Shown here: positions 7,978 to 17,705 of the stretch, piece by piece
How the letters are laid out: each line of letters begins with the position of its first letter
Position numbering within the stretch: position 1 is the first letter of the stretch
Assembly (NCBI GenBank): GCA_040755995.1
Contig: JBFMAF010000032.1
Span: 225,306 to 289,305, forward strand
Direction of reading: 5' to 3'
Length of the DNA stretch: 64,000 bases
DNA from: Acidobacteriota bacterium
Lineage (GTDB): Bacteria > Acidobacteriota > CAIWXX01
Made by a program: the position numbers and the translations under genes
The notes under the pieces: model-generated
Seen by the model: only the letters and a program-made list of their open reading frames with translations
The model's database searches: none
What the model was told of the DNA's origin: nothing

Positions 7978-8487
7978 GTGAAGCCGGGAGTACTGCGAGC
8001 GTCGCTATTCGCCTTCATATCGGCACTGGTCGTTGCGGGCATCTGGTTCCAGTCCTCGTTCGGCCCGAGCGGCCTGCGCGTGAGCGCAGCGCCAGAATCC
8101 CCAGGAGCGCCCCAGAACACTGGCAACCATCCGGCGTCTCCGCGGCTGGGACAGGGTTACAACGTCCGGGCCTGGTACGATGAGAAGGATGATCACGATG
8201 CAGAGCTCCACTGCGTTGTGACAAAGGACGGAGTGCCTGTCGCCGGCACTCTCATCGAGTTCGGAGTGCTCTCGGGTCCTCACAGAGGAGAGTGGACCGC
8301 GAGTGCCGTGACGAATTCCAAGGGGGAAGCGGTCGTATTGTTCAAGGGGGACGGCAAACAGGGTCTGGACACGTGTTACTTCTACCCGAAGGACTTGGGG
8401 ATCGATTCAGTGGAGAGAACTGTCGACTGGACCAAGATACTGACGGGCAACCCCTACCGGAGGTATGAACCCAGCAGTTGTGGCTAG
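7978..8487 (+). CDS. Exported protein with Ig-like (Big-1-like) domain
   Basis: GGAGG RBS, N-terminal TM/signal, DGVPVAG.LIEF...VTNSKGEA pattern. Confidence 0.6.
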   Translation: MKPGVLRASLFAFISALVVAGIWFQSSFGPSGLRVSAAPESPGAPQNTGNHPASPRLGQGYNVRAWYDEKDDHDAELHCVVTKDGVPVAGTLIEFGVLSGPHRGEWTASAVTNSKGEAVVLFKGDGKQGLDTCYFYPKDLGIDSVERTVDWTKILTGNPYRRYEPSSCG

Positions 8488-8524
8488 AGAGCGGCAGTGG
8501 GGATTATCGCCCGGCCATTGACGT

Positions 8525-8560
8525 TCAGAAGCTACACCGCGGTCAGAAGCCACACCGCGG
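8525..8560 (+). repeat. 18-bp tandem duplication before an RBS
   Basis: TCAGAAGCTACACCGCGG followed by TCAGAAGCCACACCGCGG. Confidence 0.75.
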
Positions 8561-8575
8561 AAGGAGAGGAGCACC

Positions 8576-9883
8576 ATGCGCTACTTCAAGTCTGACCCCG
8601 GAGTGACACGAAAGCGGCCACGTGCGATTCATGTTGTCTTGGTCTTCTCCTTCATGGCTGCACTGGTCTTCGCCAACGCGCTTGTGAAGCCTCGCACGAC
8701 GGATGTCGTCAAGACCGCCGTTAGCATTTCGGCCGACAAGACCATCAACTTCGACTTGCCGAACGGCTACCTCGTCTCCGGCAATGTCAAGAATTCTGCG
8801 GGAAACCCCGTTCGTGGCGCCGTGATCCAGGCGACGTGCTCAGATGGCAACCCCAGCCAGCGCACGATCACGAACAGCTCCGGCGGCTTTCAACTCGCGG
8901 TCCGGTCCGGGACGCATCGAGTCGATATCTGGCCGCCGCCGACCAACAGCATCGATCCGACCACGTATCCAAAGCTGGTGCCGGCGAGCGCCGGCACCTA
9001 TGACGTGACGAGGGACACGTCCATCGGTTCGGTCACTCTGCCTGATGGGAATATCGTCAGCGGCGAGCTCAAGGCGGCGTCCGGCAATCTCTGGTACGTG
9101 GCGGGCTTCATCTTTGCGATACCCGCAGGCGGCGGTTACACGGGCCCACCAATCATGGCCACTCAGGGTGCAGATCCCAACACGACAAAGTACGCCGCGG
9201 CACTTCCAGCGGGCAAGTTCACCATTCTCGCGACTGGAATCCAGGGGTTCTCGCGCGAATCGGACCACGTCGATGCGGCATGGGACCTGCTGCCTTGCAC
9301 TTCTTTCTACGCCCGCCGCGTGAACATCACAAAGTCCATGGCCCTCAATCTGAAACTGCCAAGCGGGGGAATGCTCAGTGGCAGCGTCAGGGACACCACC
9401 GGCCAGCCGCTACATGGCTATCTCTTCATCCAGAAACAGAATGGCAACCCGATGAAGGATGGCCAGATGACTTTCATGCCGGTTGCGAACGGGAGCTTCA
9501 TAGGGCATCTGCCGGCGGGACGATTCGACGCCACCTTTGTCCCGGAGATGCCGGCATCCTACAAGGGCCGCGCCACCAAGACTCATGTCGCGTTGGCGAT
9601 GACTTCGGTGGACAAGACTCTGAACATCGTTGCCGAGAACGGGGTCGTGCTGACCGGGCGGATCGCCGCCGTGGGAGGCGCGGCCTTCAAGGCATCCTCG
9701 GCGATTTTCACTCTGAGCGGGGCGACCCCTGGCTCAGCCGACGCCCTGCCACTCGGCGCGAAGTCAGATGACGCCGGGAAGTACCGCCTGTGCGTGCCGC
9801 CTGGGACATACGACATCCAGGCGCTGCCATCGGGTTTCGGGTTCCTTAGCTATCTCGAGAGGCTGGCGAAACGCGCGGGCTGA
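8576..9883 (+). CDS. Exported protein with repeated carboxypeptidase-regulatory-like (prealbumin-fold) domains
   Basis: Repeated SG.V....G.P..G and G.Y...vppG.Y patterns, N-terminal hydrophobic segment. Confidence 0.7.
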   Translation: MRYFKSDPGVTRKRPRAIHVVLVFSFMAALVFANALVKPRTTDVVKTAVSISADKTINFDLPNGYLVSGNVKNSAGNPVRGAVIQATCSDGNPSQRTITNSSGGFQLAVRSGTHRVDIWPPPTNSIDPTTYPKLVPASAGTYDVTRDTSIGSVTLPDGNIVSGELKAASGNLWYVAGFIFAIPAGGGYTGPPIMATQGADPNTTKYAAALPAGKFTILATGIQGFSRESDHVDAAWDLLPCTSFYARRVNITKSMALNLKLPSGGMLSGSVRDTTGQPLHGYLFIQKQNGNPMKDGQMTFMPVANGSFIGHLPAGRFDATFVPEMPASYKGRATKTHVALAMTSVDKTLNIVAENGVVLTGRIAAVGGAAFKASSAIFTLSGATPGSADALPLGAKSDDAGKYRLCVPPGTYDIQALPSGFGFLSYLERLAKRAG

Positions 9884-10760
9884 GTCGCCCTGAGAGCAAC
9901 ATTCCCGATCCGAGCGCAACGAAGACGCTCACGATCTGGCTCGCGGAGAGCCAGAAACAGGAGGACGCCGTCGGGCTGTGTGACAGGTACTCGCTGAGAC
10001 TCATGTCGATCCACAGAGCGCGGTATCGAGTGCCCTGGTCGATGATGATGAGCAACTGGCCGCGCGGATCGTCGCGTAGCGTCTCGATGCCGAAGCGCCA
10101 GATTGCGTATGCAATCAAGAATCCGAAGAAGATCGCTCCGTCCCGGCGACTCGTGCGACGAAGGACCGCTGAAAGCACGATGAACATGACAACGCCGAAG
10201 AGTGATTCATAGAGCTGCGTTGGATGCCTGAAAACACCGGCGACATCAGTCGGTCCGAATCCCCGAAACATTCGCCAGTCCGCGAAGGGGTCGGTCACGA
10301 ACCTGGGAAAGAGCACTCCCCAGGGCATCGACGTGGGCGCGCCGTAGCAACATCCCGCCGCGAAGCACCCGATTCGATAGATGCAGATCGCCAGCGCGAT
10401 GGATGGCGCCGCCACGTCAGCCACGTGCCAGACGGGCGCGTGAAGGCGTCTGAGGTACCAGATACCTGTCGGGATCGCCAACAGGGCCCCGTAACCTACA
10501 AGGCCGCCTTGCCAGAGGGCGAGGACCAGCCACGGGTGTGCCATGAAGGTTCGGATGTTGACCAGAACGTGAAGCAGCCTGGCACCTATGAAGCACGACG
10601 TGAGAAGGAGCGGGGCGAGTGCGAAGAGCCGCCTCGCATCCAGGCCCTCCCGGTAGGCTCGCCTGTACCCGACCACGAAAGCGCACAGAAACGCCACGCT
10701 TGCGACGGCGTAATACGTGCTGATCGAGACTGTTCCGAAAGTGATCAGAACCGGGTACAT
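9846..10760 (-). CDS. lgt: Prolipoprotein diacylglyceryl transferase family protein
   Basis: MYPVL, GARL, WQGGLVGYG, RIGCF..GCCYG, HPTQLYES, RF.IE.LR.D. Confidence 0.85.
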   Translation of the reverse strand: MYPVLITFGTVSISTYYAVASVAFLCAFVVGYRRAYREGLDARRLFALAPLLLTSCFIGARLLHVLVNIRTFMAHPWLVLALWQGGLVGYGALLAIPTGIWYLRRLHAPVWHVADVAAPSIALAICIYRIGCFAAGCCYGAPTSMPWGVLFPRFVTDPFADWRMFRGFGPTDVAGVFRHPTQLYESLFGVVMFIVLSAVLRRTSRRDGAIFFGFLIAYAIWRFGIETLRDDPRGQLLIIIDQGTRYRALWIDMSLSEYLSHSPTASSCFWLSASQIVSVFVALGSGMLLSGRLSPRVSPASRDS

Positions 10761-10828
10761 CTGTCTTCTGCGCCGCGTATCCTCGGCCACATCATATCAC
10801 CGCTCCCCACAGCGACGGAGACGTGCAC

Positions 10829-12334
10829 GTGAGGGTCCTGCTCATTTCGATGCCCGATTCGATCTGTCTCTATCGATGGGCACAGGCCTTCATGCCCAAC
10901 CTGGGCATCAGCTCGATAGCCGCCAATGTCGATCGGACCGTCTTCGAGGTGCGACTCCTGGATCTCCTGATGGAACCCTACGGAGTTCGGCGGACCGTGA
11001 AACAGATTGTCGAAGAATACCGGCCCCACATCGTCGGCTTGACGGCGATGAGCTTCCAGATGCGGTCGGCAGTACAAATCGCCGGACTGGCGAAGTCCAT
11101 CGACACGTCGATTGTGACCGTCCTGGGGGGCTATCACGCGACATTGGCCTACGAGGATATTGCCCCGGGGAGCTTCGATTTTCTCGTCCGCGGCGAAGGC
11201 GAAGCCACAGCGCGAGAGCTGTTTGAGATGGTGGAGTCCGGGGGACGCGCATTCGAGCAGATCGCGGGGTTGTCGTTCAGGTCGGAGGAACGCTGGGTCC
11301 ATAATCGCCCGCGCGCCCTCCTGGATCCGTCCTCTATTGCACTTCCTGACCGCGAGTCACGAGTATTCGGGCACCGCGACGGCCTCAACGGCAACATCGA
11401 CTCGATCGAAACCTCCCGAGGCTGCCGGCTGGCGTGCAGCTTCTGCTGCATCAGGCAGATGTACGGGCAGAGCTTCCGTACGTTTCCGATTCCACGCGTG
11501 ATCGAAGACATTCGCCGTGCGAGATCCCTCGGGGCGCATCGCATCTTCTTCTCAGACGACAACATCACGACGGATGTGGAGCGATTCAAGTCGCTGTGCC
11601 AGGCGATCGTCGACACCGGGCTGAACAACATCCGCTACTCGACTCAGGCCAGCGTGCTCGGCATCTCATCAAGCGAAGATCTGGTTCGGATGATGCGCGA
11701 CGCCAACTTCACGCTCGTCTTCATCGGGATCGAGGGATTGAGCGAGCAGAAGCTGAGATTCGTCAAGAAAGGGAACATACTGGATCGATCGCTCCGGGCG
11801 ATCGAGCTGCTCCACAAGCACGGTATCCAGATCATGGCGGGCTTCATCACGGGGCTTCCCGATGACCGCCCCGAGGACGTGCGTGATGTGTTTCGCTTCG
11901 TTCAGCGGAATCGGATCGCAGTTCCCTACGTGCTGTGCTCGACACCCTACCCGAAGACTCCGTTTGGAGATGAGCTCGTCCGGGAGAGACTCGTCATCGA
12001 TCGTGACAACTACGACCTCTACAACTGCTGGGCCACCAATGTCCGGACGCGCCACATGTCCCGGCTACGGCTCAGCTTCGAACGGAGCCTGGGATACTTC
12101 AAGTTCGTTTTCAGAACTGCGGTGTTGGGGGACAATCACTACGTTCGGAAGATCAGAGAAGAGGACTACTTCGCCATGGTCCTCTACCGCCTTGCCTCGA
12201 TCGTTGTCTTCTGCAGGCTGATCACGGGAACGTGGCAGACCGTTCGCGGCACCCACTTCTATTCGTGGTGGGAGTGGCCGCGGGCTCTACATGATCGTCT
12301 GGGCGGTGTGTTCCGGCGCACAACGACGGAGTAG
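10829..12334 (+). CDS. Cobalamin-binding radical SAM protein (BchE-like/class B family)
   Basis: N-terminal B12-binding domain (PNLGISSIAA, VLGGYHAT, RGEGE), then ETSRGCRLACSFC, DDN, GIE. Confidence 0.88.
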   Translation: MRVLLISMPDSICLYRWAQAFMPNLGISSIAANVDRTVFEVRLLDLLMEPYGVRRTVKQIVEEYRPHIVGLTAMSFQMRSAVQIAGLAKSIDTSIVTVLGGYHATLAYEDIAPGSFDFLVRGEGEATARELFEMVESGGRAFEQIAGLSFRSEERWVHNRPRALLDPSSIALPDRESRVFGHRDGLNGNIDSIETSRGCRLACSFCCIRQMYGQSFRTFPIPRVIEDIRRARSLGAHRIFFSDDNITTDVERFKSLCQAIVDTGLNNIRYSTQASVLGISSSEDLVRMMRDANFTLVFIGIEGLSEQKLRFVKKGNILDRSLRAIELLHKHGIQIMAGFITGLPDDRPEDVRDVFRFVQRNRIAVPYVLCSTPYPKTPFGDELVRERLVIDRDNYDLYNCWATNVRTRHMSRLRLSFERSLGYFKFVFRTAVLGDNHYVRKIREEDYFAMVLYRLASIVVFCRLITGTWQTVRGTHFYSWWEWPRALHDRLGGVFRRTTTE

Positions 12335-12463
12335 CCGCAGAGGCACGCTATCCCAGACGACACTCTGCATTATGATCTGCCCTGACAGCGCAAGGGCGAC
12401 GGAGCCGCGGCGGGTGTCGAGGGAGGAGCCGTGCTGGCAGCCAGCCGCCAATTGAGAACTCCC

Positions 12464-13792
12464 TCACGAACCGGATCGTTCGCAGAGCGGAGCGGTGCGC
12501 ACGGTGAGCGGAAGTCGTCTCGCCTTGGTAGGCATGTGAGTGACGGCCAGGCTTGAGGCGCGGCATTCGAGATCGCGGACAGTCATCTCGATTGGGGCCG
12601 AACCGCCTTGGACTCTGGTGTAGAGCTTGGGGCATGCGGTCAACTCGCCCGTGAAGGAATGCAGTGTGAAGGTGATCTTGTTTCCGCTGAGCACCCCGGC
12701 GGTGATGAACCCTCCGCCTGGAATCGCGCGGACGGCCTGTGCGCTCCCCAAGATAGCGGGTCCGCTGTAGATCCTCTGCCATATGGCCGTCCCGTCGTCC
12801 GCGATCTTGAGTAGCCATGGGCGGAACCAGCTCTCGAAGGAGGATGTTGTGCCTGCGAGAACGAAGGCTCCGGTATCCGCCTGATCGAGCGAGAATAGCC
12901 AGTCCTCCGACCGCCCTCCGACCAATGTCTGCCACTGGGGATTGCCTGAAGGATCGAGCTTCAAGATCACCCCGTCGGCAACTTCGCCCACACGACTCAG
13001 GTTTTCCCCCCAGACAAGATAGCCGCCTTCCTTTGTCTTGCGAATCCCCCTGAATACCTCGAGTCCCGGTCCATCATACCTCCTCGCCCAGGTGATCTCC
13101 CCGTGACCATCGACCCTGAGCACCCTGTTCGTTGCGACAACCACGAAACCTCCATCCGCGCCCAAATCCACGCACCGGCCTTCGCCGGCATCGAGATACA
13201 CCTTGCTCCACAGGGGCTCGCCTGAGGTGTCCAATTGCACAAGCCATACCTCCATCACCTCGATATTCTCAGTCGCGTCGAGATTCTGGCTGTACACCGT
13301 ACCACCAGTCAAGACAAGTCGGCCGCCATCCACCACCTTCACATCTTCGAACCCACCGCACTCCCCGACGCTATAGCCTCTCTGCCATTCGATAGCCCCG
13401 CCGGGGGCGATCTTCATTACCCATCCGTGCGACAGGTCCGATTCTCCGACGTTGGCAAGACCGGCAACCACCGCACCGCCGTCCCGCGTCTCCTGCAACC
13501 CTCGAACATTGTAAGCGTGCCCTCCGTCCCCGTACATGGCGCGCCACTGCGTTCCGCCGAAGGCGTCTAGCTTCATGCACCACGCCCGCTCATGGTAGGC
13601 CTTGCCGATGCTGCCTGCCAGAAGAAAGCCCCCATCCGCGGCCTTCTCCATGAGCACTGATTCTGACAACCCGGGCCTCAACGAAAACCGCAGTGCGATC
13701 TCATCTGCAGAGACGCTGCGCGCTGCACTGGTCACACAGCAGACCATCATCGCACACACGATCACCGCTCCACCACCTCGCCTCATCATCAT
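12464..13792 (-). CDS. Secreted beta-propeller-like repeat protein
   Basis: Signal peptide and repeated DGG...aG...W..K.D..G...W...YG units. Confidence 0.75.
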   Translation of the reverse strand: MMMRRGGGAVIVCAMMVCCVTSAARSVSADEIALRFSLRPGLSESVLMEKAADGGFLLAGSIGKAYHERAWCMKLDAFGGTQWRAMYGDGGHAYNVRGLQETRDGGAVVAGLANVGESDLSHGWVMKIAPGGAIEWQRGYSVGECGGFEDVKVVDGGRLVLTGGTVYSQNLDATENIEVMEVWLVQLDTSGEPLWSKVYLDAGEGRCVDLGADGGFVVVATNRVLRVDGHGEITWARRYDGPGLEVFRGIRKTKEGGYLVWGENLSRVGEVADGVILKLDPSGNPQWQTLVGGRSEDWLFSLDQADTGAFVLAGTTSSFESWFRPWLLKIADDGTAIWQRIYSGPAILGSAQAVRAIPGGGFITAGVLSGNKITFTLHSFTGELTACPKLYTRVQGGSAPIEMTVRDLECRASSLAVTHMPTKARRLPLTVRTAPLCERSGS

Positions 13793-13823
13793 GCCTCCTG
13801 AAAAGTCGGGTCCTGCTATCTAT

Positions 13824-13839
13824 TGCAACCGACGTGCCA
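13824..13839 (-). promoter_or_regulatory. Sigma54 (-24/-12) promoter
   Basis: Minus strand TGGCAC-GTCGG-TTGCA, about 30 bp upstream of ATG 13792. Confidence 0.7.
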
Positions 13840-14009
13840 ATTGTCGCGTTGTTTGGAACTTGTTGAATTCTCTGGATTGTCGTGTGCACCGGGCGCCACT
13901 CATCCTGGTAATGCTGTCCGTCCCAGGGGACAGTCGTCGTAGCAGGAGTAGGCACAGAGCCCGTCGGTCCTCTGGGCCTGGTCTGGTTCGACCTCGATGC
14001 GGCGGCCCG

Positions 14010-15377
14010 TCAGCTTGGTGGTGCGCTCTTTCGCGCGAGCAGAGCCCAAGCCCGTTCCTGCAGTTCTTCCTGGGTCATGTGGTAGCGCGCGCGGAGAGCT
14101 TCATCGAAGGGTACTCCGTCGCCGAGCATCCTCAGGAGCCGCGTCATCTCAGTCATCCCGTACGCATCGAGCAGAGTCGTGACGAGGAGCAGTGACTCGG
14201 AGTAGGCCACCGTCGCTACAGCACCTGAGAGCTGCTGGAAGGAGGACGCCAGACTGCTGAGCGGGATCAGGCCCGAGTAGGCCTTCTGCGCGGCCAGTTC
14301 CGGGATCCGTTGGTCGAGCGACTCCCCGGAAAGATGCATGGCCAGCCCCTCGTTCAGCCAGATCGGTATGTTTCTCTTGGTGAGGGAGTGGATGAAGGAG
14401 TGCGCGAGCTCATGCCGAACGATCCGCTCCACCACGTCGTCTACGACGACGAGCCCGCCGATAGGCAGGTAGATTCTTCCGTCGTTCGTCCCGCCGGCCC
14501 ACTCGGGGGCGCCTGTTATGTCGAAGAAGTTCCTCTCGGACGTGAGAGTCACCAGGATGTCCTGTGGGGGCGCGTGTCCGAGGGCCCGCTGGTCCTCGTC
14601 GTAGGCGCGCACAAGAAGCTCCATGATGTCGTTGACAACCTTCTCTCCCTGAGGCGCGTCCGATTTCAAGACGAAGTGGGACCAGCGTTTCACATCGCCC
14701 TTCAGTGCCCCTGCCTGTCGCTCCAGCCGCTCCAGCCTCTCCTTCGCATCTGCAGGCCCGTTCAACTCAACCGACTTCCTGAACGAGCGAATGGCCCACT
14801 CGTCGTTGCCAAGGTTGTACTGGCAGAGTCCGATCGCATAGTGCAACGTCGCGTCATCGTCGCGGCTCGACTCGAGAGGCTGCAGTGCGGCGAGCGCAGC
14901 CTTCCACTCCTGCAGTCGCACGCGGGCGTAGCCTAGGGCGAGCCGTGCCTCGTCGTCGTTCTCCTTGAGCGTCTCGAGAATCTCCGCTGCCTTCCTGTAG
15001 TCGCCGCTCTCCAAGGCGGCGTTGGCTTCCTTGTACATGGGAGCCCTCAGAAGCGCCGGGGGTTCGGGGAGTGGGGAGGCGACGGTAGGAGAACTCCCGC
15101 GAGACTGTGCCTGAGGGGCTGCGACCTTCGTTTCCGGTGGCGGCGTCTTCTTCTCGATGCGATCTACCACCGACTTGGGGAACCCGAGCACACCGCCATC
15201 GATCTTGTAGTAGACCATGTCATCCTTGATCCAGGCATCCAGACACTCGATAGTCCTGCCGCTCTTCAGATGGATCACATCGGCGACGGCAAAATGCGCC
15301 ATGCCTGCCAGCGCGGCGGCGCAGATGAGCACACTGCGAACGCAGTTCCACTCAAACTCGAAGCTACCTTCTCGCAT
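14010..15377 (-). CDS. TPR + peptidase MA-like (gluzincin) protein
   Basis: TPR helices, RHELAHSF...WLNEGLA. The ATG overlaps the upstream TGA (TGATG). Confidence 0.8.
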   Translation of the reverse strand: MREGSFEFEWNCVRSVLICAAALAGMAHFAVADVIHLKSGRTIECLDAWIKDDMVYYKIDGGVLGFPKSVVDRIEKKTPPPETKVAAPQAQSRGSSPTVASPLPEPPALLRAPMYKEANAALESGDYRKAAEILETLKENDDEARLALGYARVRLQEWKAALAALQPLESSRDDDATLHYAIGLCQYNLGNDEWAIRSFRKSVELNGPADAKERLERLERQAGALKGDVKRWSHFVLKSDAPQGEKVVNDIMELLVRAYDEDQRALGHAPPQDILVTLTSERNFFDITGAPEWAGGTNDGRIYLPIGGLVVVDDVVERIVRHELAHSFIHSLTKRNIPIWLNEGLAMHLSGESLDQRIPELAAQKAYSGLIPLSSLASSFQQLSGAVATVAYSESLLLVTTLLDAYGMTEMTRLLRMLGDGVPFDEALRARYHMTQEELQERAWALLARKSAPPS

Positions 15378-17530
15378 CACAGAGGGGGAAGGATCCATCG
15401 GTGGGGCGGGATGCTCGACGGCCGCTCCTGCGCCCCGGCAGCGCGCAGAATCCATCTTGGAACATCAGCCTTTCCACGGATTTCATTGTTACGCCTGGAG
15501 ATCATGTTGGTGGGGTAGGAAACGCCGTTCTCTGAGTATGGGCAGATGTTGAAGAAGCTCGGGCTAAGCCAATAGTTGCCCGTGAATCTGATGTCGCCGT
15601 ACGTTCTGCAACCGCCTCTGTCGCTGCCGTACGGGATGCCGTTGAAAGCGCTGGGGATGGGTGAGTAAGGTAGCGGATCACCGGCTCGAGGAGGCGGGCC
15701 GAAGTCGGTGACTCCCACGGGATTGTCGACGGAAACATTGCTATTCAGCTCGATGTAGCGACTTCCTCCATCGGTGTAGAAGGTGTTGCCGCCGGCCGTC
15801 GCGCGTTTCCCTGTCGCGACGTTGCCTTCTATCAGGAGTCCTTCGTCCAATGAGGTTCCCTGGTGACCGGTCGTGTAGATCGCACCGCCGTCCCAGAGCT
15901 CGCCCAGGAAAGCGTGTATGCGGTTGTTGAGTATCTTGTTCTGGCCGTTGGGCGTCGGTTTGTCGTAGACACCCCACTCTCCTCTTTGCGCGTTCGGCAC
16001 TCCAGGGAAGCCACCTGGATCGAGCAGGCCCCAGCCCCAGCCCACGGCGATTCCGGACCAAGGGACATCGACGATCGTGTTGTGGCTGATGGTCGTTCGC
16101 CGGGTGAAGCCTACGAAGATCCCGGCTGCGTCAACATACTCCCGCCCGGCCATTCGTACGAGGTTGTTCAGGATCACGTTGTCGCGCGTGACCTGTCCCC
16201 GACGATCAGGGTGATGATCGATCCGGGAGACTCCACCGAGCTCGATTGCGGCCGATGAAATGTCCTCGAACAGATTGCTCTCGATCGTGTTGCCCTGGCT
16301 CCCAGTATCGAAATCGAGAGCCACTCCCCCGAGGTGCTCGAAGATGTTGCCGGATAATGTGATCTCTCTGGCGAATCGAAAGCGTACATTGCCGGCTGTG
16401 CGCACGACATTCTTGTCGTGACCTATGATGTTGGGGGCGTGATCGGCGCCGACGAGGTGGAAGCCGCTCTGGTCCGATACGTATCCATCGCTGCCGGAGG
16501 GGCCGAGCCATGTCGAGTAAGAGAAGGTCAGATCCTCGAAGCGGATACTCGACACCGGACGCGAGATTTCCCCGCGCCCATCCACCAGCACCTCCAGAAT
16601 CGGCAGCTCCACCTCGGCCGTGGCCAGGTCTTCGCCATGACGCGGAATGTAGTAAAGCCATCCGGTGGCTTCGTTCAAGTACCATTCACCGGGTTCGTTC
16701 AGGAACTCGTATGCGTTCTCGAACCGCGTCACCTGCCAGAAGCTCCATATGCCCGGCTCGATCGTCAAACTATCGAAGTAGACGTTCGCGTTTGGCCAGC
16801 CGGGTTCTTGGAGCATCAGCAGTCCGGTCTTGAAGGACGGATCGAGCGGATCCAGAGTGTAACCTGGATATGGAATAACGGAGTCCAGGGGGACACTCAT
16901 CATCTTCCATTGCGTGACGATCACTGCTTCGATGTCTCGCGGGCTAGTCCACGTGGAAGGATCCCTCCACTCGGCCGGGTTCAGGTTGGTGGGTATGAAA
17001 GCAATGCCGCCCTTGAAGGGAATGCCAAAGATCTCGAAATAGAGCGGAAGGAACCCTGCGGGATAGGGTTCGGTTCGCGCCCGCGTAGCGCGGTTTCCGT
17101 TTACATACAGCTGGCGTGACTCGACCTGGCCGACGTGGGCCTTGTAGATGCCCGAGCCCCCATCGTGCAGCGACCAGTCGCGCACCGGAATCGATCCGGA
17201 GATCACAGGATGCTCGCCCGGCGCGGCGCGGTATACCACATCGCCGCCGTTCCGCCCGGAGTCACGCCAATCGAGCAGGAGGGGCTGCTCGAGCCTGTAC
17301 GTGCCGTCGTTGAGATAGACGACGATGTCCGTGCCAGCCTCCTGCTTGCCATTAACGGCGCGCACCGCGTCCCGCGCCCGCTCCAGCGTGCGGAACGGTT
17401 CAGTCCGCGTCCCCTTCGAGGCATCGCTGCCATCCGGCGAAATCCAGAAGGTCGTGGGCGAACAGTAGGCGAGCGGCGAGCGTGCGAATGACAAGCCGAT
17501 CACAAGCAAGACGATAAGAATGCGATGCAC
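15377..17530 (-). CDS. Secreted right-handed beta-helix protein (GH141/pectin-lyase-like fold)
   Basis: Signal peptide, SPDGSD..GT...PFRTLERARDAVR, N..EFL.EPGEWY, DGGAIYT and beta-helix repeats. Start is uncertain (ORF open to 17584). Confidence 0.8.
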   Translation of the reverse strand: MHRILIVLLVIGLSFARSPLAYCSPTTFWISPDGSDASKGTRTEPFRTLERARDAVRAVNGKQEAGTDIVVYLNDGTYRLEQPLLLDWRDSGRNGGDVVYRAAPGEHPVISGSIPVRDWSLHDGGSGIYKAHVGQVESRQLYVNGNRATRARTEPYPAGFLPLYFEIFGIPFKGGIAFIPTNLNPAEWRDPSTWTSPRDIEAVIVTQWKMMSVPLDSVIPYPGYTLDPLDPSFKTGLLMLQEPGWPNANVYFDSLTIEPGIWSFWQVTRFENAYEFLNEPGEWYLNEATGWLYYIPRHGEDLATAEVELPILEVLVDGRGEISRPVSSIRFEDLTFSYSTWLGPSGSDGYVSDQSGFHLVGADHAPNIIGHDKNVVRTAGNVRFRFAREITLSGNIFEHLGGVALDFDTGSQGNTIESNLFEDISSAAIELGGVSRIDHHPDRRGQVTRDNVILNNLVRMAGREYVDAAGIFVGFTRRTTISHNTIVDVPWSGIAVGWGWGLLDPGGFPGVPNAQRGEWGVYDKPTPNGQNKILNNRIHAFLGELWDGGAIYTTGHQGTSLDEGLLIEGNVATGKRATAGGNTFYTDGGSRYIELNSNVSVDNPVGVTDFGPPPRAGDPLPYSPIPSAFNGIPYGSDRGGCRTYGDIRFTGNYWLSPSFFNICPYSENGVSYPTNMISRRNNEIRGKADVPRWILRAAGAQERPSSIPPHRWILPPL

Positions 17531-17705
17531 TATGCCTTTGTACCACAGGCCGACACCCAGTGGAACCTCTCCGATTCGCGCCACCCGATGCGGCCTCGGC
17601 CGACCTGATCTGCGTAGCGCTTTCTTCGTTCGAATTCCGGGCCATCCCGCACCTGGTTGACACTGCGGCCGCGCAAGGTAAGTATCAGGCTTGGGGGTGA
17701 GATGT

